A stretch of 63,725 nt of DNA, the filler included, from Basidioascus undulatus (Eukaryota): assembly GCA_000826855.1 (NCBI GenBank). It is 8 parts of 8 records of this genome, joined end to end, with 100 filler letters (N's around TTAATTAATTAA, not from the genome) between each part and the next. Parts side by side here need not be neighbours in the genome. Positions count along the whole stretch, not along the records: positions 23,550 to 26,249 come from JTLS01002665.1; positions 26,350 to 29,048 come from JTLS01002666.1; positions 29,149 to 31,837 come from JTLS01002667.1; positions 31,938 to 34,626 come from JTLS01002668.1; 4 more parts are not named here. One strand, given 5' to 3'. Below are positions 23,550-34,726 of the stretch, piece by piece. The notes beneath the pieces are model-generated. The model had not been told where the DNA came from. It did not search any database and saw only the letters and a program-made list of their open reading frames with translations. A program made the position numbers and the translations under genes. Numbering within the stretch: the stretch's first letter is position 1; each line of letters starts with the position of its first letter.

Positions 23550-26349
23550 GTAAGGCGAGCGGCAAACTATTTACACAAGTGCCCGTCCCAGAACCCAGAT
23601 CCTTACAGTGTGGGTTAGTGCGCACCCCACGGATCCGACCGGCCCCTGCGGACCCAGCTGGGCGCTCGGATTCTGCACGGATGGGGCTGTCTTGGGTAGA
23701 TGCGGGATGTAACGGGGTGTAGGGTGCGTGTTGGGAAGAGGGATGAGGACGAGGATGAGGAGGGACAATTCACAGAACGTACAGAGCAAGCGCCGGTGGT
23801 GGTATGGAAGCCCAGCGCGTCCATTGTAGTTGAGCGGATGCACTACAGCTTGCACTACGAAGTATTTTGAAGCAAATGAGAACAAAAGAAAATCATTGGG
23901 AGACGCGGCTCGTTCGCGATTTACTTCCAGCTTAGGCTGGGAACTCCGCGTAGGGATGGCCGGACGGCGAAGCCATGGCACTATATTTTTGTCTGTAATT
24001 TTGTCAGACGAGGTCCAACATGATGTGGCAACGCAAGGCTCTGTCAACCTGCGCAGCCGTCGGCCGCCAGCATCGGTGAAGATTGCCGACAGAAACTGGG
24101 TCGGTCTTGCGTGGAGAGAGCAGATGGTAGAGAAACTTTAGTGTACACATATGAAAACGTGACAGATGAAAGGTCAGGATAGGTCTTGGAGATCTTGGCG
24201 TGAGAACTGCAAGTTCTGCATCAAGCATATCTTTGGCAATTTAGGGCAAGCATCAGCTGCGCCACTACCACGCCCACGGTGTTGAGGACTTCCTTAAGCC
24301 AGTGAGCTTCGAATTTCATTTTCGAACCTAACTCTCGGTTCCCCGTAGGAGGCGCTTGGTTCTGACGAGGAGTGGCCTTATGACAGTACGGTCTACAGCT
24401 CGTCTCCCGTATCGAGAGCCCCCTCGGTCCGCGTCTACTTTATCGCTCGGTCCACTATTACGGCTGCCGTTCCTCCTACCCCGGACAAGCTCGAGCGCGC
24501 CGCCGCGCCGACAGGGTGGTGAATCTTCATGGATACATGTTTGAAGGTGCTTCTGGTTATACTGTGGAAAGTGGTCTTTCCGCGTGTCGCTCACGACAGC
24601 TGGCGCTGGCGTTGCAAGGGTACTCAACTGACGACCCACATCCACGTTGTGCCAAGTACTTATCACAGAATGTACCATTGTCCCGTTGTCTCATTTTATT
24701 GGAAGCGTTTCGGGGACATTCTTACGAGCGAGCATCATCCCTCACTCGAGTCTGCACGTGGAGCTTGAAATTCGAGCGTCGTTTCGCTACAGCCGGACAA
24801 CAACGGACACGGCAAATAAGCACCCAATGAGTTGCTCGTCAGCGATTCCAATTTGGAAAGGGCAACCGAGCGAGGAAATGTTTTCTTCGATATGCCACGG
24901 CGCTGCAGCCGGCACGTCTGCATGACTGATTCACTTCAGCTTCAGCATAACCGAAGACTGGGTTCCCTGGTCCGCTTGTTCGGCAGTTGTAGAATTCTTC
25001 AAATTCTGCTGCCTGGCCTCGCCACGATCATAGGCGACTATCTCATTGATATCTCTATGCAGGCCGCTCGCATGAAAGTTGTCGAGGACAGCAGGAAGAA
25101 GCAAGGCTGGTGCAGTTGGGGAGGAGCGAAGGAAATGGGACCACTGGAACAGTGCCTGAAAACTCTCTCTATGCATTACATGGACCATAAGCTCAACAAC
25201 GTTCAGCTGTAGCCTGTGCAGCCGGTGAGTCCTAGCTCTACTCAAAGGGTGTAGTCATTTCGCGCTCATGCGGGGACAACGAGCGCGTCGATAAACAGTA
25301 TGGTCTTCAGCTTGCGGCCGGCAAAAACTCCAGACGGTCGGAACCGTCTACTACATCGTCCGCTTCAACCTCACCGGCGACATCCCTCCGCTTCGGACAA
25401 ATATCGAGCTGTTCTACAGGGGCTGCGCTGCTGGCGCGCGCGGACAAGCGGCCATTCGAGCTCGCCGTTGAGCGCTTCCAGCTTCGTGTCATATCAAAAG
25501 CGACACTGTTTCCCGATCTGATCAGCTACTACAGCTACTCGAAGCCCATGATCACTATCGCGTCTGTTCTCCAGACTTACTCGAGCCTCCCCGGCGACCC
25601 GCTCTTGCTCACGTTCCATGGACTTGTCGACAAGGGTTTGACGGGAGTGAGGGACCCGGGACGCACGGTTTCAATGGCCGGAATCGGGCATGCGCTGTTG
25701 GTATGGGAGGCTTGACGGTACGCTCCGGTCTTGTCTGTTGACCAACGCGGTCTCGCCGCTGGCGTCTTGTGCAGTAAGTTGGCCTCTATACATTAGTTCT
25801 CCTTGCCTTGAATTTGTGCTGCATTTATGTTACGGCTACAATCAGCACCGCAACTTTGATGTGCACTGTCCTGGGCAGCTACGCTCAAGACGCAGTCTCG
25901 AAAGGTGATCAAGATCCTCCCTTACAGATATGAGCTCATGAAGGTATACTACCCTATACGGAGCCTGACGTCTATTAAATTTATAAAAAGATGCTCATTG
26001 CTCTCATTCATGTGGTTCATCGAGCCCCGCCCCCGGACAGGCAAACGCCCCCGCCCGCCACCGCCTCATCTTAAGACAATGGGTCAAGAACAACTAAAAG
26101 CCCCGTTCTAGCACCTCCCCAACAAAAGAAAGGCCTGGTGCTTCAAAATTTCTTTCAGCCCTCTCCAACAAGCTGCGTTACTGGGCCCCGCCACCCATCC
26201 TCTCAGCAGGGCCTTCTCGCGATTCGCTCCTTCGGCTCCCTGAGCTACTNNNNNNNNNNNNNNNNNNNNNNNNNNNNNNNNNNNNNNNNNNNNTTAATTA
26301 ATTAANNNNNNNNNNNNNNNNNNNNNNNNNNNNNNNNNNNNNNNNNNNN

Positions 26350-27198
26350 GGAGGGGGGACAAACCGAGACTCGTCCCAGATCTGAACGCAGTTGGAGGCG
26401 GTCGCAAAAGTAGGCGTCTGCCGATGATGCGTGATCGCGCTGTACCCCCGCACACACCCAATCAGCGTCTATCCCTTCCCTCCCTTTCTCCGCAAGAAGA
26501 GAACGCACTGTACCGCCGCCTTCGCAGTCCATGTCCGAATCGGCTTCACGCCCGCACTGCTCCCCTCGCCCGCATCCCCCCCGTCCACATCCGCGTCCGA
26601 CCCACTCGCATCCCACATCCGGACCGCGCGGTCCACCCCGCCCGAGAGGAGGCGCGCATCGCCCCGCGCGGACTTTGACGTGTGGCTGAAGGCGAGGGCG
26701 TTGACTATGCCGGAGTGGGCGGACGGCAGGGAGAGGAGCGAGCGGCGCGTCGGGATGTCATGAACCGCAATTTCTGGGTGGGAGAGGAGGGGTTGAGCAT
26801 CGGTGGGTGAGAGGGAAGAAGACGGAGGGAAAAAGGAATGGGGAAAGAGAAGACGGAGCCCGAAGACGCACCTCCCATCCCCCCGCCAGTAGCCACCACC
26901 CCGAGCCTCCCCCCATCCCTCGCAAGCGCATACACGCCATCCCCACACTCGATCGCGCCCACAAAGGGCTTGGCAAACATGCGTTCAAGCTTGGACGCCG
27001 TGACGGCGCGCGTGTACTCGCGCTGCTTCGCGAAAGGGTGTTGCGACGGGTCCGGGTTCCGCGGGAGCGCGACGGCGTCCCCGGGGCGAGAGGGCAGGAC
27101 CGTGTCGAGCGAGCGGGAGAGGGCTTGAATTTTCTGTGGAGGGAGGCGAGTGAGGCGAGACGAGGGAAGAGGGAACAGGGAGGGAAGGGGCGGACCAT
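26350..27198 (-). CDS. SOF1: U3 snoRNP WD40 protein Sof1/DCAF13, N-terminal part (3' end cut by gap)
   Basis: M|KIQALSRS...PRNPDPSQHPFAKQREYTRAVTASKLERMFAKPFVG..GDGVYALA followed by WD40 repeats (AHSGIVNALAF; LLSGGVDRAVRMWD). Confidence 0.95.
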
Positions 27199-27497
27199 GC
27201 TGGGCGAGGAGGCGAGGAGGAAGATCGAGGGACGCGTCTCGGAGCGAGCGCGATCGAGTGGACTACCGGGAATACAGCACCCGAGAATCCACGAGATTTG
27301 GAGTTAGTTGGATGAGAGCTATGAGATAGCGAGAGCGCGGCGGTGTGGGTATTGAATCACTTTGGAAGGCGAGGGAGGGAGGAAGGCGGCTCACAATAAT
27401 TTTCGGGTTAGGTATGATCTTGGGACTATTGCGCCAAATTCGATCGCTTTCAAGTGATGCGAACTTTCATGTGATACGAAGAACTCTCCCCAATAAG

Positions 27498-27514
27498 CTC
27501 ATCGCCCTCATCGC
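27498..27514 (-). promoter_or_regulatory. Two PAC-like motifs (GCGATGAG) upstream of the ribosome-biogenesis gene SOF1
   Basis: CTCATCGC at 27498-27505 and 27507-27514, about 300 nt upstream of the SOF1 ATG. Confidence 0.5.
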
Positions 27515-27819
27515 CATCTCCCCATAGCGCATCGCGAAGTGCTGCGAACAATGCACGCTCGCGATCTTGCGACACACTCTGCAGGAGTATCGATGCCCGC
27601 TGCATGAAAGATCAAAGAAATAAAAGAGGGCGAGAACTGGATTCGCCAACGATTGGAAGCCAGCGCGCTCGTCGGTCAAGCTAGCGCCGTTCGGTGAGAT
27701 GCCGGGCGCAGCGCGCGATGCCGGCGTTCGCACCCGCGCTTGCCCTCTCCTCCCCTCCCCTCTCTCTTTCTCCTCTCATCTTCTCCTCCCCCTCCGAGTC
27801 TGCGTGTTCTCTATTACCC

Positions 27820-29048
27820 ATGGACTCCCCCACATACCTAATGACCCGTTCGCGCTCCCCCGCTGAGGAGGAGAGGACGGTGCGGGCGATGGGCGAGTCG
27901 CAAGACTACGGCGTGCGCTCGCTCGACTCGTCCCTAGCGCACTCGGCCCCGCTCGTCGTCGCCTTGCCACACGCGCACCACACTGAGTCCGAGACTGAAT
28001 CCGAGGAAGAGGTGGAAGAGTCCCGCCCATCCTCCCCCTCCGCGTCGTCCCACTCGGACACGTCCTCCTCGCTCTCCACCGCCCACCCGCTCGACGCCCT
28101 CCTCCGCCAACGCGACCGCCCGCGATCCTCCCCCAACCCCACGCCCAGCCCCAACCCCCCCAGCAACCTCAGTCCCCTCCAAGCGACCCCCTCAGCGAGC
28201 ACGAGCGTCGCAGCGCACCTGCACTCTCCCCCGGGCTCGCCCGCCTCCCTCGCATCCTACCCGACCGACCCGCTCTCCCTCTCCCTCTCCTCCCTCTCTC
28301 AGCATTCCTCGTCATCCCCCGCCTCCGAGGCCTCCCAGCCGCACTCCCACTCCTCCGCCCCCACCGCCCCCCAATCAAGCGAGCTTATCATGCCCCGCGT
28401 GTTCCTCCCGCGCCTCCCCGCGCCCACGCTCCTCGGCGAGGCGATGGGCCGCGTGCGGTACCTTGTTGTGGGCGCGCGGGGCGTGCCGGCCGAGAAGATT
28501 GTGCGGGGTGCCGTGGACGCGTGTCCGGAGGTGTGGAGGGTCCATGAGAATTGCGAGGATGAGGGAGGGTGGAAGGAGGTCGTTGTGAGCTCCGCGGGGG
28601 TCGTCCGCGATGGAGAGCTCAGGGGCGCAAGGAACCTCACGTTTACTATCGCTCCTCGGTGGGACGGAGACTACGACGATGGTGCAGGGGGTACGGATGA
28701 GGACGTGAGTCAGCCTCTCGCTTCTCGTCCTGCTCACACACCTGAATCTCACCTTTCCACCACCCAGTTCCCCCCCACCCTCCTCCCCACCCTCCTATCG
28801 CGCGTCCAACCAACGCACGCACACCTCACCTCCCTCCTCTCCTCCTCCGCCGCACCCACGCCCCAGCTGCTCGACCTCCTCTCCTCCGGACGCGGAACCG
28901 ACCTATACACAGGCCTCCTCATCCTCTCCCCCTTTCGCAAGTCCCTCCCCTCCGCCTGCCCACCACCTCCTACTAACCCCCTTCTCCCCGCAGCTTTTGA
29001 CGCGGAAAGGCTCGAGACCAGATTGCTCACAACAATATATGAGCGGGA
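27820..29048 (+). CDS. Hypothetical protein with Ser/Pro-rich N-terminus and a globular part (3' end cut by gap)
   Basis: Long ORF from MDSPTYLMTRS with ELIMPRV..LGEAMGRVRYLVVG. Introns at about 28705 and about 28937. Confidence 0.7.
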
Positions 29049-29148
29049 NNNNNNNNNNNNNNNNNNNNNNNNNNNNNNNNNNNNNNNNNNNNTTAATTAA
29101 TTAANNNNNNNNNNNNNNNNNNNNNNNNNNNNNNNNNNNNNNNNNNNN

Positions 29149-29208
29149 AGCCCAACAGATGTTAGAAAGCATTCTAGTCTGTCGCCTTAACCACTCGGCC
29201 ATCTGGTC
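29149..29208 (-). tRNA. tRNA-Ser(AGA), intron-containing, 3' part cut by contig end
   Basis: Reverse complement GACCAGATGGCCGAGTGGTTAAGGCG-ACAGA-CT-AGA-A-[11-nt intron]-A-TCTGT-TGGGCT. Confidence 0.88.
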
Positions 29209-29296
29209 CTATGCTCCTATAACGCAACTGTACTGACCTGACATAGCGCACCCGAAAGGAGCCAAAAAATGGTAACGCCCAGACACGCAAAAGATT

Positions 29297-29388
29297 CGAC
29301 CAGAGCAGGATTTGAACCTACGCGGGCAGAGCCCATGAGATATCGAAGGGATTCGAGTCTCACGCCTTAACCGCTCGGCCATCTGGTC
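29297..29388 (-). tRNA. tRNA-Ser(CGA) with 10-nt intron
   Basis: Reverse complement GACCAGATGGCCGAGCGGTTAAGGCG-TGAGA-CT-CGA-A-[TCCCTTCGAT]-A-TCTCA-TGGGCTCTGCCC (long variable arm)-GCGTAGGTTCAAATCCTGC-TCTGGTC-G; full cloverleaf. Confidence 0.95.
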
Positions 29389-30409
29389 ATGCCAATAGAG
29401 TTCGGCTTGACAAATTTAGATAAGTGCGCCTGAGCGTGAATCCTTACAATAGTGTTGATATCCACAGCCGCACAAACAGTGCTGTACATACCACACCACC
29501 TGTCAGTTTAGCGCCCCAGATTATACGCTCCGTGTGTGGGGTGGCGTTAGGGCGTCGTTGGAAGGGCTTCCGCAGGCAGCAATTTCGCCGAGACTCGAAC
29601 CGCAGTCTGCAGGCAAACCGCCGAAGCCTGCGTCGTCTCGATGTAGCATTGTACCTCCTAATAGGGGGGCAGTTCTCGGTTGGGAGAGCTTCGGCTGACA
29701 CCAGACTTCCCTGAGTTGTGGAAGGTGGAAGTGGTGTCTTCGCACACTTGACGTTCGGCGACCTTAAAGACAAGGCGAATCTCTGACGCTGGCGGGTTCT
29801 GTCAAAAATCCGCCTGACGGCCAAGGTCGGAGAATTCAACATTACGTAAACATGAATCTGTGGGATATTTGTTTCTTTGAGTGAAGAGAATCAGTGGTCG
29901 GAAGCGAGAAGAGCACTGAGGCGAAGCAGTAGTGCCGCAAGTGTCTTGCAGTCGAAGCAGAGGTTGGTAGCCGAAGAACATTTTCTTCCTTTGCAGCATC
30001 TGTTTGTTCTGATTTCAGAAAGGAGAGCTGTGTAGTGCCTGTCACACTCAACAAAAGCGACTGAAACATCCGACTATCCCTTCATGCCACTTTGCCAGGG
30101 GTGTCCTGGCCCGTGGTTGCACGCTGCGCCACCGCGAGTGCCTGTTTAGACTCCATGCGTTGATCATCAGGGACATATAGTAGCGGTTTTATTGCCCTAC
30201 TCAAGAGTACACGAAACCTTTCCGTTCCTCTCTGTCAGCCGCAAAGAAAGTGTTATCTCAGCCAGCGTGGGAAAGCTCGCGTAATCCCCCACGCACGATG
30301 CGCCCTCGGCCCGCACGCCGGGTGTCCTTGGTCGCGACGTTCACCCTCCCAAACTCATCGCAGCCCACACACCCTCCGCGAACTACCCAACTGCACCCAG
30401 ATTAACGCA

Positions 30410-31614
30410 ATGGACCGCCCCGACCCGCTGCTGAAGCTGGAGAAATACCTACTCCTCGCCAAGTCGGCGCGCAGCATCGCGGTGACGAAGCTCATCGAGG
30501 AGGCAACCGCCGCGCCGGGCGTGCACGTCTTTGCCGAGCTTATCGACTTGCCGAACGTGCAGGAGGTCGGTCACAATCTTCCCTCCTTCGCACAAGAGCC
30601 GGTGGGGTGCGGGTTTAGGTGAAAGGCTGACGCTGGGGGCGGGCCGCAGCTGGCGGGAACGGAGAACGAGAAGTGGTTGGAGCTGCTCAGGCTGTTTTCG
30701 TGGGGGACGTACCAGGACTACAAAGGTAAGTGCAGGTGCTGTGAGGTGTTGAATACGCTGCGTGTGCTGAACTGCGCGCTGCGCAGCTCGCGCCGCCTCG
30801 CTTCCCCCGCTCAACGACGCCCAGCTTACCAAGCTGAAGCACCTCTCCATCTGCTCTCTGGCCCTTGAATCCCGCGTGCGTTCCCCTCTTCCCCCCCTCT
30901 CCTTCCCTCTCCCCCCTTCCCCGAAGCTCAATTCTTCTTCCGCGCCGCAGTCCATCCCCTACACGACCCTCCAAGTCGCGCTCGATATCCCCAACATCCG
31001 CCAGCTCGAGGACCTCGTGATCGACGCGATCTACGAGGACATCCTCCTCGGCAAGCTCGACCAGCGCCGGCAGATCCTCGAGGTGGAGTACACAATGGGG
31101 CGCGACCTCGCCCCGGGACGGGCGGAGGACATCCTGGAGACGCTGCAAGAATGGTTCGTCCCTCCCCCCCCACCCCCTGGCTTGTCTCATCTTGTCATCT
31201 TCGCATTATTTCTGACGTGCGTACGACTAGGTCCAACACGACCTCCCAGCTCCTCCAATCCCTCTCCGACACCGCGAAGAGCGCGACCGTGGCGCACGAC
31301 GCCGCGCGGCGGGCGGCGGAGCAGGCGGACGCGGAGCGGGACAAGGTGCTTCGCGAGATCCAGGGTAAGCTTAGTGGAGGGGGCAGCACGGCGGCGGGTG
31401 GGAAGGACGCGCGCTGGACGGACGCGATGGAGGTGGATCCCGTGGAGGAAGGCGGGCCGATGGTCCCCAAGGGGAAGAAGAAGTGCGTGTTGTTTCGTCT
31501 GGGGAAAATGAACGGGAGCAGAAGGAGGGATTATGCTGACGTGATCGATGGAGGGGGGACAGGGCGTCCCAGAACCCGCCACATGCGAGCGCGCGCAAGC
31601 GCAATCGCAACTGA
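30410..31614 (+). CDS. CSN7: COP9 signalosome subunit 7 (PCI domain), multi-exon
   Basis: LEKYLLLAKSA..AVTKLIEEATAAPGVHVFAELIDLPNVQEL, ELLRLFSWGTYQDY, AQLTKLKHLSI and IPYTTL..LDIPNIRQLEDLVIDAIY..GKLDQ..LEVEYTMGRDL. Confidence 0.92.
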
Positions 31615-31937
31615 TCCTTGTGCTTCGCGTTCCCTTCCCCTGTTTTAACCTCACACCACACCGCATCCGCAACGACCCCTGTACTTCTAGCCCCTGCAGA
31701 CGTTCCACATAACCATTTCTTGTGCAGCTCCCCACGCTGCGAGGCTTGCATTCGTCAACACACTAACCAAAACCGATCGATCGCATCGCAGTGTCAGAAC
31801 GCCTCGGTCTCACTACCCCCCCCTCCATTCCTCGAAGNNNNNNNNNNNNNNNNNNNNNNNNNNNNNNNNNNNNNNNNNNNNTTAATTAATTAANNNNNNN
31901 NNNNNNNNNNNNNNNNNNNNNNNNNNNNNNNNNNNNN

Positions 31938-33537
31938 GGAGGGAAGGGGGGGACCCACCCCGCTCGTTGATCATGGGACGGTTCGTGATCGTCCCCGAGC
32001 GACAGGCAAACTTGAGCGTGTTGAGCGTATCCGAACGGAAGCGGATGCCGGGCGCGAGGTTGCAGATGAGCAGGCCGAGTGAGTCGCCGCCGAGCGCGCC
32101 TGGCAGTACATCACATCAGCAAGGATAAAGGCTGCGGAAGGAGAAGAAGCGGGAGGCGGGAGAGTAGAAGGGAGGGGAGAAGGGAGGAAGGGGGGACGCA
32201 CTTTGGAGGATGCGCGTGAGCTTGTCGTTCCGGTAGGGCACGCGCGTTTGGTTTGTGTTCAACGCGTCGACGACGTTGCCGAGGGCTGGGTGGGAGCGTC
32301 AGGGGGCCATGGGAATCTAGAGGCCTGAGAGAAGACTCTGGTGGGACGTACCGGAGAGTGACTTTAGGCGTTCGGCGTGTGGGAATGTCAGTTGGCATAT
32401 GGTAGGATGAGGGAAGCGAGACGCACAGAGTTGATCGACACACTCTCCTTCATCCGCTCCGCATTGTTTCCCGTATGCTTGTTGTTCTCCGACCCCGCCA
32501 GATCAATCAGATTAATGCGCCCAACAAGCGCTACCCCGCCGGCCATCCTCATCAGCTCCTTGCCTTTCCCACCTCCTCCCGACAGCGACTTACTCTTCTC
32601 CTCCTTCGTGTCCTTGCACTCGACGGTGATGCCGAGTATCGCATGGCTGCGCGAGCTCGCGGCGTTCAGGTTCGTCGCGCCCGTGGAGCGGTGCTTGTTC
32701 GCGACGGCGTAGAGCTTGTTGAACGCCTCGGCCGAGGCGATCGGGTGGGCGGAGAGCCCCGCGACGAAGACTTTGTCGGACGCGTCCGAGCGGATGTCCA
32801 GCGGCTTGACCTGTCCTCCCCAACAACCCAGCGCGACATCAGAGGAGGAAAGGCGGTGAGGGGGGAGGTGGGGGACGCACCTCGGACTTAGGCACGAGCA
32901 GATCGTAGACTTTCCCCGCGTACAGCTCCATGTAGTCGCACGAGAGCGTGATCTCGTACCGCCGCAGACGCTTCTGCTTGAGGAAGAGCGCCTCGACGAC
33001 GCGCGGGATGATGCCCTTGTCGGTGGGCGTGCCGGACATGGTGTGCGTCTTTCCGGAGCCGGTGACGCCGTCTGGATGATGGGTGTGGGACAGTGCTCAG
33101 CTGGGAGAATAGGGACGGGGAAGGGGTGATGGACGGACAGCAGAACACGGTTACGGCCTGGTGAGGGCGTGTGAGCGGGTGGGACAAGAGCGAGGGAAGA
33201 AGCAGGATGAGCTCACCTGCCCCTTGTACACACTATCGATGAGCGGAGCGACGTCCTGCTCGTACACCTCCTGCTGGGTGCTCTCCGGCCCATGCACACT
33301 CGCGAAGCTGCCGGGTCCCCCAACCCATCCCATCCCGCAATCAGTTCCTACCTCCTCCTCTTCCACCAGGGTCCACCTCATCCGTCCTCACCTAAACCGG
33401 TGAACCTGACTCTGGTTCTGAGCGCCCAAGCACTCGACGCTCCGCCCATCGTCGAGGATCCTGAGCCCGTCGTCGACGAGCTCGCTCGGGAGGGCGGGGC
33501 GGAGGCGGACCGAGATGCGGATTTTGGTGTCCGCCAT
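31938..33537 (-). CDS. Kinesin motor protein, N-terminal motor domain (Kid/KIF22, kinesin-10-like); 3' end cut by gap
   Basis: KIRISVRLRP, P-loop GVTGSGKTHTM, YMELY..KVYDLL, switch I LNA.SSRSHAIL, switch II INLIDLAGSENNKHTGN, PYRNDKLTRILQ and TLNTLKFA. Confidence 0.92.
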
Positions 33538-33728
33538 GGCGGGGCGAGCGAAAGGAGAATGGGCGTGCTGGGAGAATTGGCGAGTGGGATTGCTGTGGTA
33601 CTGGGTATGATGAGCTTGGTGGTCTTGAGGAGGTGAACGTCGGCTGTGGTTAGAACATCGTCGCGCTCCGCAAGGCCCCTGGTTTGGCCGCGCGCTTACG
33701 CCACGGTGCTGACGTGGCAAAAAACAAC

Positions 33729-33754
33729 ACGCGTCGCGAAGGGACTTGACGCGT
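33729..33754. promoter_or_regulatory. Two MCB (ACGCGT) cell-cycle boxes in the divergent kinesin/SOS7 promoter
   Basis: ACGCGT at 33729-33734 and 33749-33754 within the ~335-nt head-to-head intergenic region. Confidence 0.55.
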
Positions 33755-33871
33755 CTGGCTCTTGATCTCTTTCCTCCATCACCACTCACACGCTGCACCC
33801 TCCTCACCTTCATAATTTCTACTACTGAATTCTGAATTATTTCGATCATTTCCAACACTCGCGAAATCACA

Positions 33872-34626
33872 ATGGCGTCTCCCGACGTCCTCGATCGGTC
33901 TCAGCGGTGCGTCCTGGAGACCTCCAGACCCGCACGACCTTCGCATCTCATTCGCACATTCTTCCATGCCTTCCCCACAGCCTCCTCTCCGCTCACTCGA
34001 TCACCGCGCTGCACCTGCACGGCGCGCGCGCCGACTTCCTGCAAAAGGCCTCGCACGACCTCACGACGCACTCGGACTCTGCGCTCTCGCTCGACCCCAC
34101 GAATCCCGCGCTCGTGGGCGCGGACCTGAAAATGCAGACCGACTTCTTCGGCAAGCTCAAGTTCAAGTTTGTCGAGCAGCAGACCAAGGAGAACTTTCTC
34201 AAGAAGATCACGGCGCCCGATCCGCCGCTTGTGCAGCCGGAGGACAACGCGAGCCTCGAGGAGCAGAACAGGGAAGAGAAGGGGGAGCTTAAGAGGGCGA
34301 AGGTGGACTTGGAGAGTAGGTCGGAGGAGATGGAGAGGCTCGTGGAGGATATTTGCAAAGGTACGTTGTGGCAGGGGTCGCCGCGCAGGGAGATGGATGA
34401 GTGAGGGCACTGAGATGGACGGCGCTGTCGGTGGTAAGAGCACGACGAGTACGAATCTGAGATCGCACAAGTGACCAGCCTGGTCGACGAGATCCGTGCA
34501 ATGCAACTCGAGATCGCCAAGCTCCGCGCCACCCATCCCCCCGAAGAGGTCTGTCCCGTCCGCCTTGCCCCTCCCCCCCCACGCTCCCCTCCTGATAAAT
34601 TCCCACTCGTTTCTGTCCCGCTCATA
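33872..34626 (+). CDS. SOS7: Kinetochore protein Sos7/Kre28 family (3' end cut by gap)
   Basis: PALVGADL..QTDFFGKLKFKFVEQQTKENFLKKI..DPP.V....NASLEEQN...K..LK..K matches the Sos7 pattern, followed by coiled coil. Confidence 0.8.
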
Positions 34627-34726
34627 NNNNNNNNNNNNNNNNNNNNNNNNNNNNNNNNNNNNNNNNNNNNTTAATTAATTAANNNNNNNNNNNNNNNNNN
34701 NNNNNNNNNNNNNNNNNNNNNNNNNN

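Noticed and set aside
20500..26249. Short ORFs in lower-GC sequence, considered as accessory genes
   Set aside because: No domain motifs or consistent exon chains could be reconstructed by eye, and the region spans a contig join.
29209..29296. Dicistronic tRNA transcript
   Set aside because: T4 and T6 runs on the coding strand between the two tRNA genes can act as Pol III terminators.
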